A DNA stretch of 64,000 nt from the IMG/VR virus record IMGVR_UViG_3300036826_000261, positions 8,693 to 72,692 of that record, one strand, 5' to 3'. This DNA comes from a virus. Numbering within the stretch: the stretch's first letter is position 1; every line of letters begins with the position of its first letter. The position numbers and the translations under genes are program-made. Positions 1 to 9,811 of this stretch are shown here, piece by piece. Under the pieces are notes generated by a model. The model made no database searches. It had not been told where the DNA came from and was given only the letters and a program-made list of their open reading frames with translations.

Positions 1-106
1 CGAGGTAGATTGTCCTTCGGAATCTGTGCTGGTAACTTGTTTGTTCACGGCCAGTCAATGGCCCTGATGGGGTAGGCACCGCCCTCGCACCAGAGAGGGT
101 ACAGCA

Positions 107-322
107 ATGGCAATTCAACGAGCCTTTGCGCGCGGTGAGCGCGTCAAACTGCAGGAAGCTTTTGCACGTGCGTTGATGGCGAAACGAGATTTGGATTGGC
201 TGAAGCGGCGCGGCACGGTCACCTATTGCAGTCCGCAGACTGTGTACGTGCGATGGGATGGCCGAAACACGCTTGACAATCTGCCGATCAAGGGCGTCGA
301 GCATGCCGAGCAGCGCGAGTAA
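107..322 (+). CDS. small hypothetical phage protein
   Basis: 71 aa ORF, GAGAGGG upstream; no recognised domain. Confidence 0.5.
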   Translation: MAIQRAFARGERVKLQEAFARALMAKRDLDWLKRRGTVTYCSPQTVYVRWDGRNTLDNLPIKGVEHAEQRE

Positions 323-533
323 TATCGAGCTGCGTGTTGCGGCGGACGTCTTCGACCAGTGCATCCATGCACTGTTTCCATGTCGCATCGAAATTGGAAT
401 ACCACCCCGGATCACCGCGGAAGGTTGCAACGTGCGTGCGCTGCCATATCGGCAGCTTCATCAGCGCGGCCAGCAGGATCAGCGCTGCAAACATAAATAC
501 AATTCGACGAGTCAAGGACATGACGCCTCGCAA
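288..533 (-). CDS. small putative membrane protein
   Basis: N-terminal hydrophobic stretch IVFMFAALILLAALM; start uncertain. Confidence 0.35.
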   Translation of the reverse strand: MRGVMSLTRRIVFMFAALILLAALMKLPIWQRTHVATFRGDPGWYSNFDATWKQCMDALVEDVRRNTQLDITRAARHARRP

Positions 534-2226
534 GCCGAGTACAGAATTTCGTGGTTATAAAAACAACCGTGAGCCGGACCCGTGGTGGAAAGGCGGCGTT
601 GCCAAATCGCCAAAGGCCGATGCGAAGTCTAGACTGAAGCAGACGCGAGCACGAGCAGCCAAAGCGCGCGAGCGCGCGATGCCCGGCAAGAAGAAGCCGT
701 CCGGCGATCAGATCATCGGCTGGATACAGCGAAACTGCTACGTGCCTGAAGGCAAGCTGCTGGGGCAGAACTTTCAGCTCGACGAGTGGCAGAAAGACGA
801 GATCAGGCGAATTTACGACAACCCGCACGGCACGCGGCGCGCCATCCTGTCGTTTGCGCGCAAGAACGGCAAGACTTCGCTGGCTGCGGTGCTGATGCTG
901 GTCAATCTGTGCGGCATCTCCGCGATCCCGAACTCTTCGCTGTACTCGGCGGCGCAAAGCCGTGAGCAGGCGGCGCTGATCTTCAATCTGGCTGCCAAGA
1001 TCGTCCGCATGTCGCCGGGTCTGCGCGACGGCGTCACGATCAAGGATTCAACCAAGGAGATGTACTGCCACGAGATCGGCACGCGCTATCGCGCGCTGTC
1101 GGCGGAAGCGTCTACGGCGTTCGGTCTATCCCCGGTTTTCATCGTGCATGACGAGCTGGGGCAGGTTCGCGGGCCGCGCTCGCAACTGTACGAGGCGCTG
1201 GAGACCGCGACCGGCGCGCAGGAGAACCCGCTGTCGATCATCATTTCGACGCAGGCGCCGGCCGACACCGATTTGTTGTCGGTGCTGATCGACGACGCGA
1301 TCGCCGGCCACGATCCGCGCGTGATCTGCAAATTGTACACCGCGCCACTGACGGACGATCCGTTTGCCGAGGAGACGATCAAGATCGCCAACCCGGCCTA
1401 TGGGTCGTTTCTCAATCCGACCGAAGTCATGGCGATGGCCGACGACGCCAAGCGCATGCCGTCGCGCGAGGCCGAATATCGTAATCTGATTCTGAATCAG
1501 CGTGTCGAAGCAGTCGCGCAGTTCATCGCACCGACGGTGTGGGCGAAGTGCGGCGCGCCGGTCGGCGACATCACCAAGTGTCGCGAAGTCTACGGCGGGC
1601 TCGATCTGTCGGAAGCCAACGATCTCACCGCACTGGTGCTGATCGGCAAGATCGATCAGGTCTGGCACGTCAAGCCATACTTCTGGATGCCGGAAGCCAA
1701 CATCTTCGAGCGCGCGAAGACCGATCACGTGCCGTACGATCTATGGCTCAAGCAGGGTTATCTCGAAACGGTGGCCGGCGAAGCGATCACCTACGACGTG
1801 ATCGCGACGCGGGTCTGCGAAATTCTGGCCGAACACCCGGGCTTGCAGAAGATCGCTTTCGATCGCTGGAACTACCCGCAGTTTCGGCCTTGGTTGACGC
1901 ATCACGGTTGGACTAATTCAAAGATTGATCAAAAATGGGTCGAGTTTGGCCAAGGTATCCAGAGTATGTCACCGGCTCTGCGCGAGTTGGAAAGCCGGAT
2001 TCTGCGGCAGGAGATCGCGCACGGAAATCATCCTGTGCTTAATATGAACGTAGCCAACGCGGTTGTTGAAGGAAACAAAGACGCTGCTTTCACCAAAGAT
2101 TCTTCGACGCGCAAGTTGTCTAAGAAGCGTTCGAATGGCCGCATCGACGGCTTGGTAGCTTTGACAATGGCCATTGGTATCGCGCCGATGGCTGCAAAAG
2201 TAGACATCTCCGCTTTGATAGGGTAA
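520..2226 (+). CDS. terL: terminase large subunit (Terminase_1, cos-type family)
   Basis: Walker A ARKNGKT, Walker B VHDE, ISTQ coupling motif, nuclease motifs GGLDLS..D and RIDGLVA; start placed at ATG 520 after AAGGA. Confidence 0.95.
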   Translation: MTPRKPSTEFRGYKNNREPDPWWKGGVAKSPKADAKSRLKQTRARAAKARERAMPGKKKPSGDQIIGWIQRNCYVPEGKLLGQNFQLDEWQKDEIRRIYDNPHGTRRAILSFARKNGKTSLAAVLMLVNLCGISAIPNSSLYSAAQSREQAALIFNLAAKIVRMSPGLRDGVTIKDSTKEMYCHEIGTRYRALSAEASTAFGLSPVFIVHDELGQVRGPRSQLYEALETATGAQENPLSIIISTQAPADTDLLSVLIDDAIAGHDPRVICKLYTAPLTDDPFAEETIKIANPAYGSFLNPTEVMAMADDAKRMPSREAEYRNLILNQRVEAVAQFIAPTVWAKCGAPVGDITKCREVYGGLDLSEANDLTALVLIGKIDQVWHVKPYFWMPEANIFERAKTDHVPYDLWLKQGYLETVAGEAITYDVIATRVCEILAEHPGLQKIAFDRWNYPQFRPWLTHHGWTNSKIDQKWVEFGQGIQSMSPALRELESRILRQEIAHGNHPVLNMNVANAVVEGNKDAAFTKDSSTRKLSKKRSNGRIDGLVALTMAIGIAPMAAKVDISALIG

Positions 2227-2232
2227 ACAAAT

Positions 2233-2301
2233 AACGCAACGGCTGGAGCACTTGCAATGCTCCAGCCGTCACTTGACCTAGCAACCTGTCTGGAGGCTGC
2301 C
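2233..2301 (+). promoter_or_regulatory. structured leader of homing endonuclease gene (copy 1)
   Basis: 12-bp stem ACGGCTGGAGCA/TGCTCCAGCCGT, then GCAACCT..AGGCTGC stem overlapping the GGAGG RBS; near-identical copy at 36315-36385. Confidence 0.7.
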
Positions 2302-2838
2302 ATGCCCAAAGCTTTGGATATCACAAATCGACGTTTCGGACGACTCATCGCCCGCAAGATAGCGGGTCATGTGCGCGGGAACGGAGGCCAAAGTTATATC
2401 GTTTGGTTATGCGATTGCGATTGCGGCAATCGAACCAAAGTAACTACAGCCAATCTTAGACAGCCGGGCGGCACAAAGTCCTGTGGTTGTTATTGGCTGG
2501 ACCTTCAAGGGTCTCGTAATCTTCGTCACGGTCAAACCCGCAATGGAAAAATTAGCGGTGTGTACAACAGTTGGGCCGGCATGATCTAACGTTGTACTAA
2601 TCCCAATTCTCAAGTTTGGAAATACTACGGTGGGCGCGGCATCAAGGTTCACAAGCCTTGGTTTCGTTTCGAAGCTTTCTACGCGTACGTTGGCGATAAG
2701 CCAAAAGGCAAGACGCTAGACCGCTACCCGAATCAAAACGGCGATTACAAACCGGGCAATGTTCGCTGGGCTACGCCAGCAGAGCAGGCCAATAATCGAC
2801 GTCTTCGAAAAAGAGGTTACAGGAGAAAATTCAAATGA
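2302..2838 (+). pseudogene. HNH-type homing endonuclease with in-frame premature stop
   Basis: WLCDCDCGN..TKSCGC N-terminus; TAA at 2587-2589; the same frame continues RCTNPN..YYGGRGI..TLDRYPNQNGDYKPGNVRWAT to TGA 2838. Confidence 0.85.
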
Positions 2839-3908
2839 ATCGCCACGTGATCGAGCACACGGCGCCACCGGAGCGTGGTTTTCGACGCAATCCGCTGCCT
2901 GTCTCACAAGGCAACTGTTTTGTGCGCATGCTGACCGCCAAGGTGATTGGCCAGTTGCGCAACATGGCACCGATCTCGGTCGCCACCGGAATGTGGCCGA
3001 GCGACAGAATCACAGCCGAGATTTTGGAACGCGCATCGAGCGCGCCGGCCATGACGGGCGTAGCCGGTTGGGCTGCCGAGCTGACACAGCGGTTGGTCAG
3101 TGACGCGATCTCGATCATGAGTGGCGTATCGGCCGGCGCCGAAGTGCTGCGGCGCTGCTTGATGCTGGCGTTGGATCGCAACGGCTTTTTGGTGCCGGGT
3201 CTGGTGGTTGACGCTACCGGCGCTTCGTTTGTCGCTGAAGGTGATCCGATCCCGGTGCACAATCTTGCGACGACGCCAGGATCGATTCCGTTTACCAAGC
3301 TCGCCAGCATCGCGGTTTTGACAAGAGAAATGGTTGAATCGAGCAACGCCGAAGCGCTGATCGGCAACGCGCTGGGACGTGCAGCCGGTTTGGCGCTCGA
3401 TGCCGTGCTGTTTTCCAGCGCCGCCGCGACATCAGCAGCGCCGGCTGGCTTGCGCAACGGCATTGGTGCTTTGACGGCAAGCGTCAACACCGATCCGTTC
3501 GCAGCGGTGTTCGAGGACATGGCAACGCTGTTCAACGCGGTCGGTCAAGTCGGCGGTGCCGGCCCGTTTGTTCTGGTTGCGGGTCCCGGCCGCGCGATAA
3601 CCTTTTCCATGCGGGTCGGCGGTGGCGCACAGTTATCGGTTTATCCGGTGGCGTCCAGCTTCGTCGGCAATGACCTGATCGCGATTGCACCACAGGCGAT
3701 CGCGGCTGCGCTCGGCACGGAGCCGGTCATCGAGGCAGCAAAGGCCGGTGTTTTGCATATGGACACGGCGCCATCGGCGTCGCCTTCGGCCGGCGCGCGA
3801 AAAGAGATGTATCAAACCGATTCGATTGCAGTGAAAATGCACTGGCCAGTATCTTGGCTTTTGCGCGATGCGCGCGGCGTGGCGTGGCTGACGCCGGCCT
3901 GGAAGTGA
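2835..3908 (+). CDS. HK97-fold major-capsid-like paralog
   Basis: Aligns by eye with the capsid part of 10168-12456 (APAMTGVAGWAAEL vs APAMTTVAGWAQEL; FVAEGDPIPV vs FVGEGMAIPV; YQTDSIAVKM vs FQTDSLALRM). Confidence 0.85.
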   Translation: MNRHVIEHTAPPERGFRRNPLPVSQGNCFVRMLTAKVIGQLRNMAPISVATGMWPSDRITAEILERASSAPAMTGVAGWAAELTQRLVSDAISIMSGVSAGAEVLRRCLMLALDRNGFLVPGLVVDATGASFVAEGDPIPVHNLATTPGSIPFTKLASIAVLTREMVESSNAEALIGNALGRAAGLALDAVLFSSAAATSAAPAGLRNGIGALTASVNTDPFAAVFEDMATLFNAVGQVGGAGPFVLVAGPGRAITFSMRVGGGAQLSVYPVASSFVGNDLIAIAPQAIAAALGTEPVIEAAKAGVLHMDTAPSASPSAGARKEMYQTDSIAVKMHWPVSWLLRDARGVAWLTPAWK

Positions 3909-3913
3909 TCACC

Positions 3914-5107
3914 ATGAAGCATTTCGCGCAGTTCGAGCCGCCATCGCTGCCGCCGGTGGTCGTGGTCGAGCACACGCCGAAAGGCTGGCGCGGTCTGACG
4001 GCGGACGGTCAGGTGCTCAACGTGGAATCCGCCAACGGGCATCCGGTCGAGATTCCATTCGGCGGCAATCTCGCGGTGACACGCGCGGGTCAGATCATCG
4101 GCTATCGCGATATTCCGGAGCAACCGACGCCTGGGCTGATCGACAGCTACACGCGCTGCTATGATTTGGCGCTGCGCGCCGTGAGAGCCGGCAGGCTCGA
4201 CATGGCACTGACCCACGTCGAGACCGCGATATCGTTCGTGCCGACGCTAACCGCGCGCTACAACCGCGGCATGATCCTGCTCGAACTCGGACGCTGGCGC
4301 GAAGGCTTCGACGACTACGCGTACGCGATGGAGTACGACACGTCGCCGTACATGCGTCCGGAGTATCGCACGTGCCTCGAATGGGGATTGAAGCGCTGGC
4401 GCGGCGAGGACCTTCGCGGCAAGCGCATTCTGCTGGTGCACGATCACGGGTTCGGCGATTCGATCATGATGCTGCGCTATGTGCGCGTGCTTCAGGCGAT
4501 GGGCTCCAACGTCACGTTGTGGTTGCCGCCGGAGCTGCAACGGCTGGCGGCGCCGCTGGCGAAGGTCACCGGCGAGATCGTGCACGCGGATTATTTCTGT
4601 TCGCTGCTGTTCCTGCTGCACACGCTGCAGCAGACACCGGCGACGATTCCACTGCAGCCGTATCTGTCGGTCGATACGAAATTGCGCGGCAAGTGGCAGG
4701 ATCGGGTTGGGCACAAAAAGCCGATCGGCGTGGCGTGGACGCCGGGCCGGACGCACGATGGCGACTACCCGCGCGCCGTTCCGCTCGAATTGTTGCGCAA
4801 GGCGTTGCCTGACGCCGCGCTGGTCAGCGTGCAGCAGCAGGGCGCTGAAGAAGCGCAGGCGTTCGGTGTCGAGCACTACACGTTCGAGGATTTCGCCGAC
4901 TGTGCGGGACTGATGGCATGTTGCGATCGGATCATCACCGTAGACACCGCCGCCGTCCACCTCGCGGGCGCTGTCGGTCATTCGCGGATTTCGCTGTTGC
5001 TTGGTCATTGGGCAAGCTGGCGCTGGTTGTCGCCGTTGTACGAGAACGTTTGCATTTATAGGCAGGCGCCGCCGGGTGATTGGAGCGGCGTGCTGAAATT
5101 GCTTTGA
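3914..5107 (+). CDS. TPR-containing glycosyltransferase (GT-B, GT9-like C-terminus)
   Basis: TPR-like YNRGMILLELGRWREGF, then W.GEDL.GKRILL..DHGFGD.IM..RY and IITVDTAAVHLAGA motifs. Confidence 0.8.
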   Translation: MKHFAQFEPPSLPPVVVVEHTPKGWRGLTADGQVLNVESANGHPVEIPFGGNLAVTRAGQIIGYRDIPEQPTPGLIDSYTRCYDLALRAVRAGRLDMALTHVETAISFVPTLTARYNRGMILLELGRWREGFDDYAYAMEYDTSPYMRPEYRTCLEWGLKRWRGEDLRGKRILLVHDHGFGDSIMMLRYVRVLQAMGSNVTLWLPPELQRLAAPLAKVTGEIVHADYFCSLLFLLHTLQQTPATIPLQPYLSVDTKLRGKWQDRVGHKKPIGVAWTPGRTHDGDYPRAVPLELLRKALPDAALVSVQQQGAEEAQAFGVEHYTFEDFADCAGLMACCDRIITVDTAAVHLAGAVGHSRISLLLGHWASWRWLSPLYENVCIYRQAPPGDWSGVLKLL

Positions 5108-5224
5108 GTGACGGGGTTGGGGAATCCCGGGGAGCCATCATGAACAGCAACCGTCTGATTCGACGACAGCGGCAACGCGAAGATTTTCTCGATCGTTTTC
5201 TCGACGAGATCGACGATAAAACAG

Positions 5225-5773
5225 TTGATGAGGACGTGCGGTTTGATCTGGTATCAAAACAGGTTCGAGGTGCTGCGCCACGCGGCGGCGATAACACCCA
5301 CTGAAGGTCTGGTGCTTGAGTTCGGCGTGGCTTCAGGAAGCACTGTTCGTTGCTTAGCCGAAACACCAGCATTGTGCGAGCGATCCATCTACGGGTTCGA
5401 TTCGTTCAAGGGTTTGCCAGAACCATGGGCGTCGTATCCGGTCGGACATTTCGCTTGCGACATTCCAGAGGTGCCAAAAAATGTCGGGCTCGTGGTGGGG
5501 ATGTTCGAACATACGATCAAGCCGTTTTTGCTGGTTCATCCGAACAACGTTGCGCTGCTTCATATTGATTGCGATCTCTACTCCAGCGCTCGGTGTGTAC
5601 TTGAGCAGCTCTCACCCCGAATCGTCTCCGGTACTGTTATCGTGCTAGACGAGTATTTCATTCTTGTTGAGCACGAGCAGCGGGCTTTCAACGAGTGGCT
5701 GTCGAAGACGGGCCGCAGGTTTCGCAAGGAAGCGCGATCTGTCGAACAGTTGTGCGGCGTGATCGAAAGCTAG
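5225..5773 (+). CDS. class I SAM-dependent methyltransferase (TylF/MycF-like)
   Basis: LEFGVASG, GFDSFKGLPE, LHIDCDLYSS and VLDEY motifs. Confidence 0.85.
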   Translation: MMRTCGLIWYQNRFEVLRHAAAITPTEGLVLEFGVASGSTVRCLAETPALCERSIYGFDSFKGLPEPWASYPVGHFACDIPEVPKNVGLVVGMFEHTIKPFLLVHPNNVALLHIDCDLYSSARCVLEQLSPRIVSGTVIVLDEYFILVEHEQRAFNEWLSKTGRRFRKEARSVEQLCGVIES

Positions 5774-5810
5774 AAAAGCCTTCTCCCGGAGTTGCAATAG
5801 CGGGCGGTCA

Positions 5811-8222
5811 ATGCTAGATAACAGGCATGGACGAGAACAAACAAACAACCGAGACGGCGGAAGAGCGCGAGAAGTTGTTGAATCAGCTCGACGCGACTGG
5901 CCGCAGTCTGGTCGAGCGGATTCTGGCGCAGCATCCGGAGCTGACGGCGGCGGAAGCGATCGCGCACGTCCAGGAGATGGGCGGGCTGTAGTCTCGCGCG
6001 GCGGCGGTGCTGGCCACGATGTGTCCGGCGAGCCGCGCGACGAGCAGGGCCGTTGGACCGATGGCGGCGGCGATGGTAGCGACAGCTATTCCAGCAGCCC
6101 GCCGAGTTCACGTGAAAAAGACAAGCATGTCGCAGCGGTCTACAAGCCGACTGGCGCTGCGGTTACCGCAGCCAAGAAAGCCGGTCGCACGCCGCTGGAA
6201 TTTCATCAACTGACGGCGGACGGTAATCAGCGTTTCCACGATGCGATCATTAAGGCGAAAGAAAACCTGAAGTTCGGCGCGTCGGTGCATGCCTACGATG
6301 CCGCTGACTATCGCGGCATGAAGACCTACGTGACGCCCGACGACAAGGCCGGCTTCGCGCTCAAGCCGGACGGTGATATCGTATCCGCATTCAGTCAGTC
6401 GAAGGCCAAGCGCGCCGGTGATTCGATTTTGGCGTTGGCGGTGCAGCACGGTGGCCGCAAGCTCGACGCGTTCGACACGGTGCTGCCGGCGATCTACAGC
6501 GACAACGGCTTTCGCGCAGTGGCGCGGATTCCCTGGAACGAAGAGTACAAGCCGGCCGATTGGGACAAGAACACGTTCAAGAAATTCAACGGCGGCAAGC
6601 CGGATGTCGTGTTCATGGTGCACGATCCGGCAAACGCCGCGCCCTACAAGCCGGGCGACGGCAAGCGCGTGTCGAGTTACGAGGAAGGTGTTGCCGAGCA
6701 GGACAAGGCGCTGAAGGAGATCGAGAAGGGGCGCGAGCATCCGGGCAAGGGCTATTCCCAGAACGCCTATGTCGATCATCAGGGCGTGATTCACACCTCG
6801 AACGTTTATGACGCGCAGCGCGCGCTGTTCGAGGATCGCAAGGTCGAGCTGACGCAGGTCAAGCAGATATCGACCTTGATCAAGCGGCTCGGTGAGACCG
6901 CCGCGGAGATGGCCGAGCACGGTGAAACTGCGCCGACCTTCAATCTCTGCAACGTCAGCGTCAAGGGCACCAACTTGTTTTGCGCCGACCAGATTGGCAT
7001 TCCGCGCGTCGAGATGCCGGTGATCCGCGCCGGCAAGACCAAGGACTTCATCAAGCATCTCAAGAAGCTTGGCTACAAGATCGAAGAGACCAAGGAGGAA
7101 GCGCGCAATCTTCGTGCCACACAGAACGAGATCAGTGGTACTAAGGTCGCTGCCGCGATGGCGCGGATCAAGCAGGAAGGTTTCTACAAACGTCTCGTGG
7201 TGTCGCGTGATGATTACATTCTCGATGGTCATCATACCTGGGCTGGTCAGCTCGGGCTCGACGCCAAGGATGGCGATCTCGAAGATGACGGCCGCGAAGT
7301 CAAGATCGCGCGGGTCGATATCTCGATCACCAAGTTGCTCGAAGAAGCCGAGAAGTGGACCGGCGGCGCCGGCAAGAAGCCGGCCAGCGAAGCGCCAAAG
7401 GGTTATCAGTTCGTCACGCTGCGCGAGGCGCAGCGGTTACTGGACGTGACGACCTACCAGAAGTTCGTCCTGATTGCGGGGCAGTTTCTTACAGCCAATG
7501 GCCATCTCGCGCGTGGCATCGAGAACATTCGGATCACGGTGCCGATTGCGCGCGAGTTTGACGACGCGCTGCATCCGCATCAGCCGGCCGGGCAGGGTGG
7601 TGGTCAGTTCGCGCCGACCGGCGGCAGTGACAAGCCGGCGGCGCCGAAGAAGCCGGCGGCGTCGCCGGCAGCGGCAGCAGAACCGGCTCAACTACAACCT
7701 GAACCTCCGGGATACGGATTGTCGCCAGCCGAGCACGACAAGCTCGATGATTGGACAATGGGCGAGCCGAAATCGGCGGCCTACAGCAAGATGCGCAAAG
7801 ACCCGAAGATGATCGCGATCATGGCCAAGCTGCCCAAGTACGAGGGCACGGTTTATCGCGGCACATCGTTCTACAAAGGCAAGATCGGTTCGATCAAGGT
7901 CGGGAGCATCGAAGACATCATCGGCAAGACGTTCGATATCTCCAAGCTGTCATCGTCATCGACTGATGGTGCAAAGGCTGCGGAATTTGCTGTAAATGAC
8001 GTGCTGAGCCCGACGACCGGTGAGCTGAAAAAAGGCTATACGGCCGTGGTTTTCAAGATGGATCAGATGAGTGGACATCAGGTGCCGTCGGATATCGATC
8101 GCGGCGTCGAGAAAGAAGTCGTGCTGATGCCGCACACTACTTTTCAGGCGATCAATGTCGCCGATATGACGGAAGCGACCAATGGTGTGAAGTACAAAGA
8201 AGTCACGATGAGGGAAGTATGA
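5811..8222 (+). CDS. polyvalent protein: EPRDEQGRWT motif + GNAT-like + ParB-like + C-terminal ADP-ribosyltransferase
   Basis: KLDAFDTVLPAIYSDNGF; LRATQNEI..VVSRDDYILDGHHTW (ParB/Srx-like); VYRG..SSSS..EKEVVL (R-S-E ART); true start may be later (GTG 6021). Confidence 0.75.
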   Translation: MLDNRHGREQTNNRDGGRAREVVESARRDWPQSGRADSGAASGADGGGSDRARPGDGRAVVSRGGGAGHDVSGEPRDEQGRWTDGGGDGSDSYSSSPPSSREKDKHVAAVYKPTGAAVTAAKKAGRTPLEFHQLTADGNQRFHDAIIKAKENLKFGASVHAYDAADYRGMKTYVTPDDKAGFALKPDGDIVSAFSQSKAKRAGDSILALAVQHGGRKLDAFDTVLPAIYSDNGFRAVARIPWNEEYKPADWDKNTFKKFNGGKPDVVFMVHDPANAAPYKPGDGKRVSSYEEGVAEQDKALKEIEKGREHPGKGYSQNAYVDHQGVIHTSNVYDAQRALFEDRKVELTQVKQISTLIKRLGETAAEMAEHGETAPTFNLCNVSVKGTNLFCADQIGIPRVEMPVIRAGKTKDFIKHLKKLGYKIEETKEEARNLRATQNEISGTKVAAAMARIKQEGFYKRLVVSRDDYILDGHHTWAGQLGLDAKDGDLEDDGREVKIARVDISITKLLEEAEKWTGGAGKKPASEAPKGYQFVTLREAQRLLDVTTYQKFVLIAGQFLTANGHLARGIENIRITVPIAREFDDALHPHQPAGQGGGQFAPTGGSDKPAAPKKPAASPAAAAEPAQLQPEPPGYGLSPAEHDKLDDWTMGEPKSAAYSKMRKDPKMIAIMAKLPKYEGTVYRGTSFYKGKIGSIKVGSIEDIIGKTFDISKLSSSSTDGAKAAEFAVNDVLSPTTGELKKGYTAVVFKMDQMSGHQVPSDIDRGVEKEVVLMPHTTFQAINVADMTEATNGVKYKEVTMREV
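5827..5991 (+). CDS. small helical hypothetical protein (54 aa, not in ORF track)
   Basis: MDENKQTTETAEEREKLLNQLDATGRSLVERILAQHPELTAAEAIAHVQEMGGL; overlaps the 5' extension of the next ORF in another frame. Confidence 0.5.
   Translation: MDENKQTTETAEEREKLLNQLDATGRSLVERILAQHPELTAAEAIAHVQEMGGL
6030..6071 (+). repeat. coding repeat EPRDEQGRWTDGGG, second copy at 8309-8350
   Basis: Identical peptide and near-identical DNA in two adjacent genes. Confidence 0.85.
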
Positions 8223-9808
8223 GCGAAGACAGGCTCGGCGCTCGCATCACGGAAGAGACCGACGACACGGAATGGCTCACGCCGGTCGGGCAGAAGTTTG
8301 ATCCGAACGAACCGCGTGATGAGCAGGGTCGCTGGACCGATGGCGGCGGCAGTGATGACGCCGGGTCGAGCAAGCCGGTCGGCGGTGGCGGCAAGGAAGG
8401 CGGTCAAGGCAAGAAAAAGGTCGAGAAGCTCGCCGATTTCCAGAAGGACGGCGTGCGTATCGATGCCAGTACGGCGGCCGACGACGCCAAGGCGCAAAAA
8501 TTTCTAGAGCGCTGGAATGATAAGATCGGCGAGGCGCCGGCCGAGTTCAAGCAGGAATTTCTCGGTGGCCTCAACGGCACGATGAAAGTTGGTTACGACG
8601 AACGCGAAGACCGAATCGATATCGACGGCCAGATCAAGGACGACAACGGCAGCACGATCGCGGATTATACGCGTTATGTTTTTCCTGGCCAGAACCGGGC
8701 CTATTCCGCTTACTTTGAAGTCAAACGCGCAGCGCAGCACGGAAAAGGTGGCCAGAACATCGGCAAGACGCTGCTTAAAGCCAACGTCGAGATGTATCAG
8801 AAGCTCGGTCTCGACAAGGTTACGGTGTCGGCCAATCTCGATGTCGGCGGCTACGCCTGGGCGAAATACGGCTACGTGCCGACGCGCAGTTCATGGGATT
8901 CATTGCGCGGCGCGATCGCCGACAAGCTGAACGACAACGGTGATCGCGCCAGCCATCGCGCGTCAGGTTCGGGTTATACGCCAGAAGAGTGGGATGCGAT
9001 CGGTAACGACGATCAAAGCCGGATCGAGCGGGCATGGATGGAGTCGGTGCGCGACGAGTTCGTTCAATCCGAAGAGCAGAACTACCGCGAGAGCGGGCAG
9101 GCGATGGAAGATGCCAAGCGCCAGCTCGCCGACAATTTCGATCCAACCGACAAATGGGCCGTGGCCGCGCTCAAGACGTGGCGCGAAGGGCTCGACGACG
9201 AAGGCAAGAGCATTCCCTACACCAACGAGGAATTGCTTAACGCGGTGACGATAGACGATTACTCGTCGCGCTATGGCGAGGGTCGTGACGATCCTGACAT
9301 CGAGATCGACGACAAGCAGCTTCCTGATTTGCAGCCTGGACAGGGGACGCTGCCCGGCATCGAGGTAGCGCCTGCGCTTAGCGATGACACACGCGACAAA
9401 ATCGTTAGTGTGCTTACTGAGGCGTTCAACGAACAGGCTGAAACCGACGCCGACAACGCTGATTATACGCCGGATGATCACTACATTCGCGAGTCCATGG
9501 GCGAGTACTGGGATTCGATGAGCGATCGCGACAAGTACGCCTGGGCCGAACGCAACAGCGAGTTGCCGGAATATCCGCTCGATGACGACGAGGATGTCGA
9601 GCCGGTCGAAGTAGCGGATGACACACAGCGCAGTGCGCTGTTGAAATTGACCGATAGCAATAATCCGAAGGCGCTGTGGGCGATCGCCGATTCACCGGCG
9701 GGCAAGGATTTGCTGCTCAATACCACTTGGTCCGGTGTGCTTGATCTCAAGGACAAGGACACCATGGATCGTTTCAACGCCTACGTCGGCAAAAAGAAGG
9801 CCGCTTGA
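8219..9808 (+). CDS. polyvalent protein with FDPNEPRDEQGRWT motif and GNAT-like acetyltransferase domain
   Basis: Q..G..IGKTLLKANVEMYQKLGLDKVTVSANLDVGGYAWAKYGY; long acidic insertion. Confidence 0.7.
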   Translation: MSEDRLGARITEETDDTEWLTPVGQKFDPNEPRDEQGRWTDGGGSDDAGSSKPVGGGGKEGGQGKKKVEKLADFQKDGVRIDASTAADDAKAQKFLERWNDKIGEAPAEFKQEFLGGLNGTMKVGYDEREDRIDIDGQIKDDNGSTIADYTRYVFPGQNRAYSAYFEVKRAAQHGKGGQNIGKTLLKANVEMYQKLGLDKVTVSANLDVGGYAWAKYGYVPTRSSWDSLRGAIADKLNDNGDRASHRASGSGYTPEEWDAIGNDDQSRIERAWMESVRDEFVQSEEQNYRESGQAMEDAKRQLADNFDPTDKWAVAALKTWREGLDDEGKSIPYTNEELLNAVTIDDYSSRYGEGRDDPDIEIDDKQLPDLQPGQGTLPGIEVAPALSDDTRDKIVSVLTEAFNEQAETDADNADYTPDDHYIRESMGEYWDSMSDRDKYAWAERNSELPEYPLDDDEDVEPVEVADDTQRSALLKLTDSNNPKALWAIADSPAGKDLLLNTTWSGVLDLKDKDTMDRFNAYVGKKKAA

Positions 9809-9811
9809 GCG

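Noticed and set aside
334-519. N-terminal extension of terL with a CxxCH-like motif
   Set aside because: No RBS at 334, better start at 520, and it overlaps a plausible minus-strand ORF
2587-2589. Stop-codon reassignment
   Set aside because: Single case; TAA, TAG and TGA all terminate other genes normally
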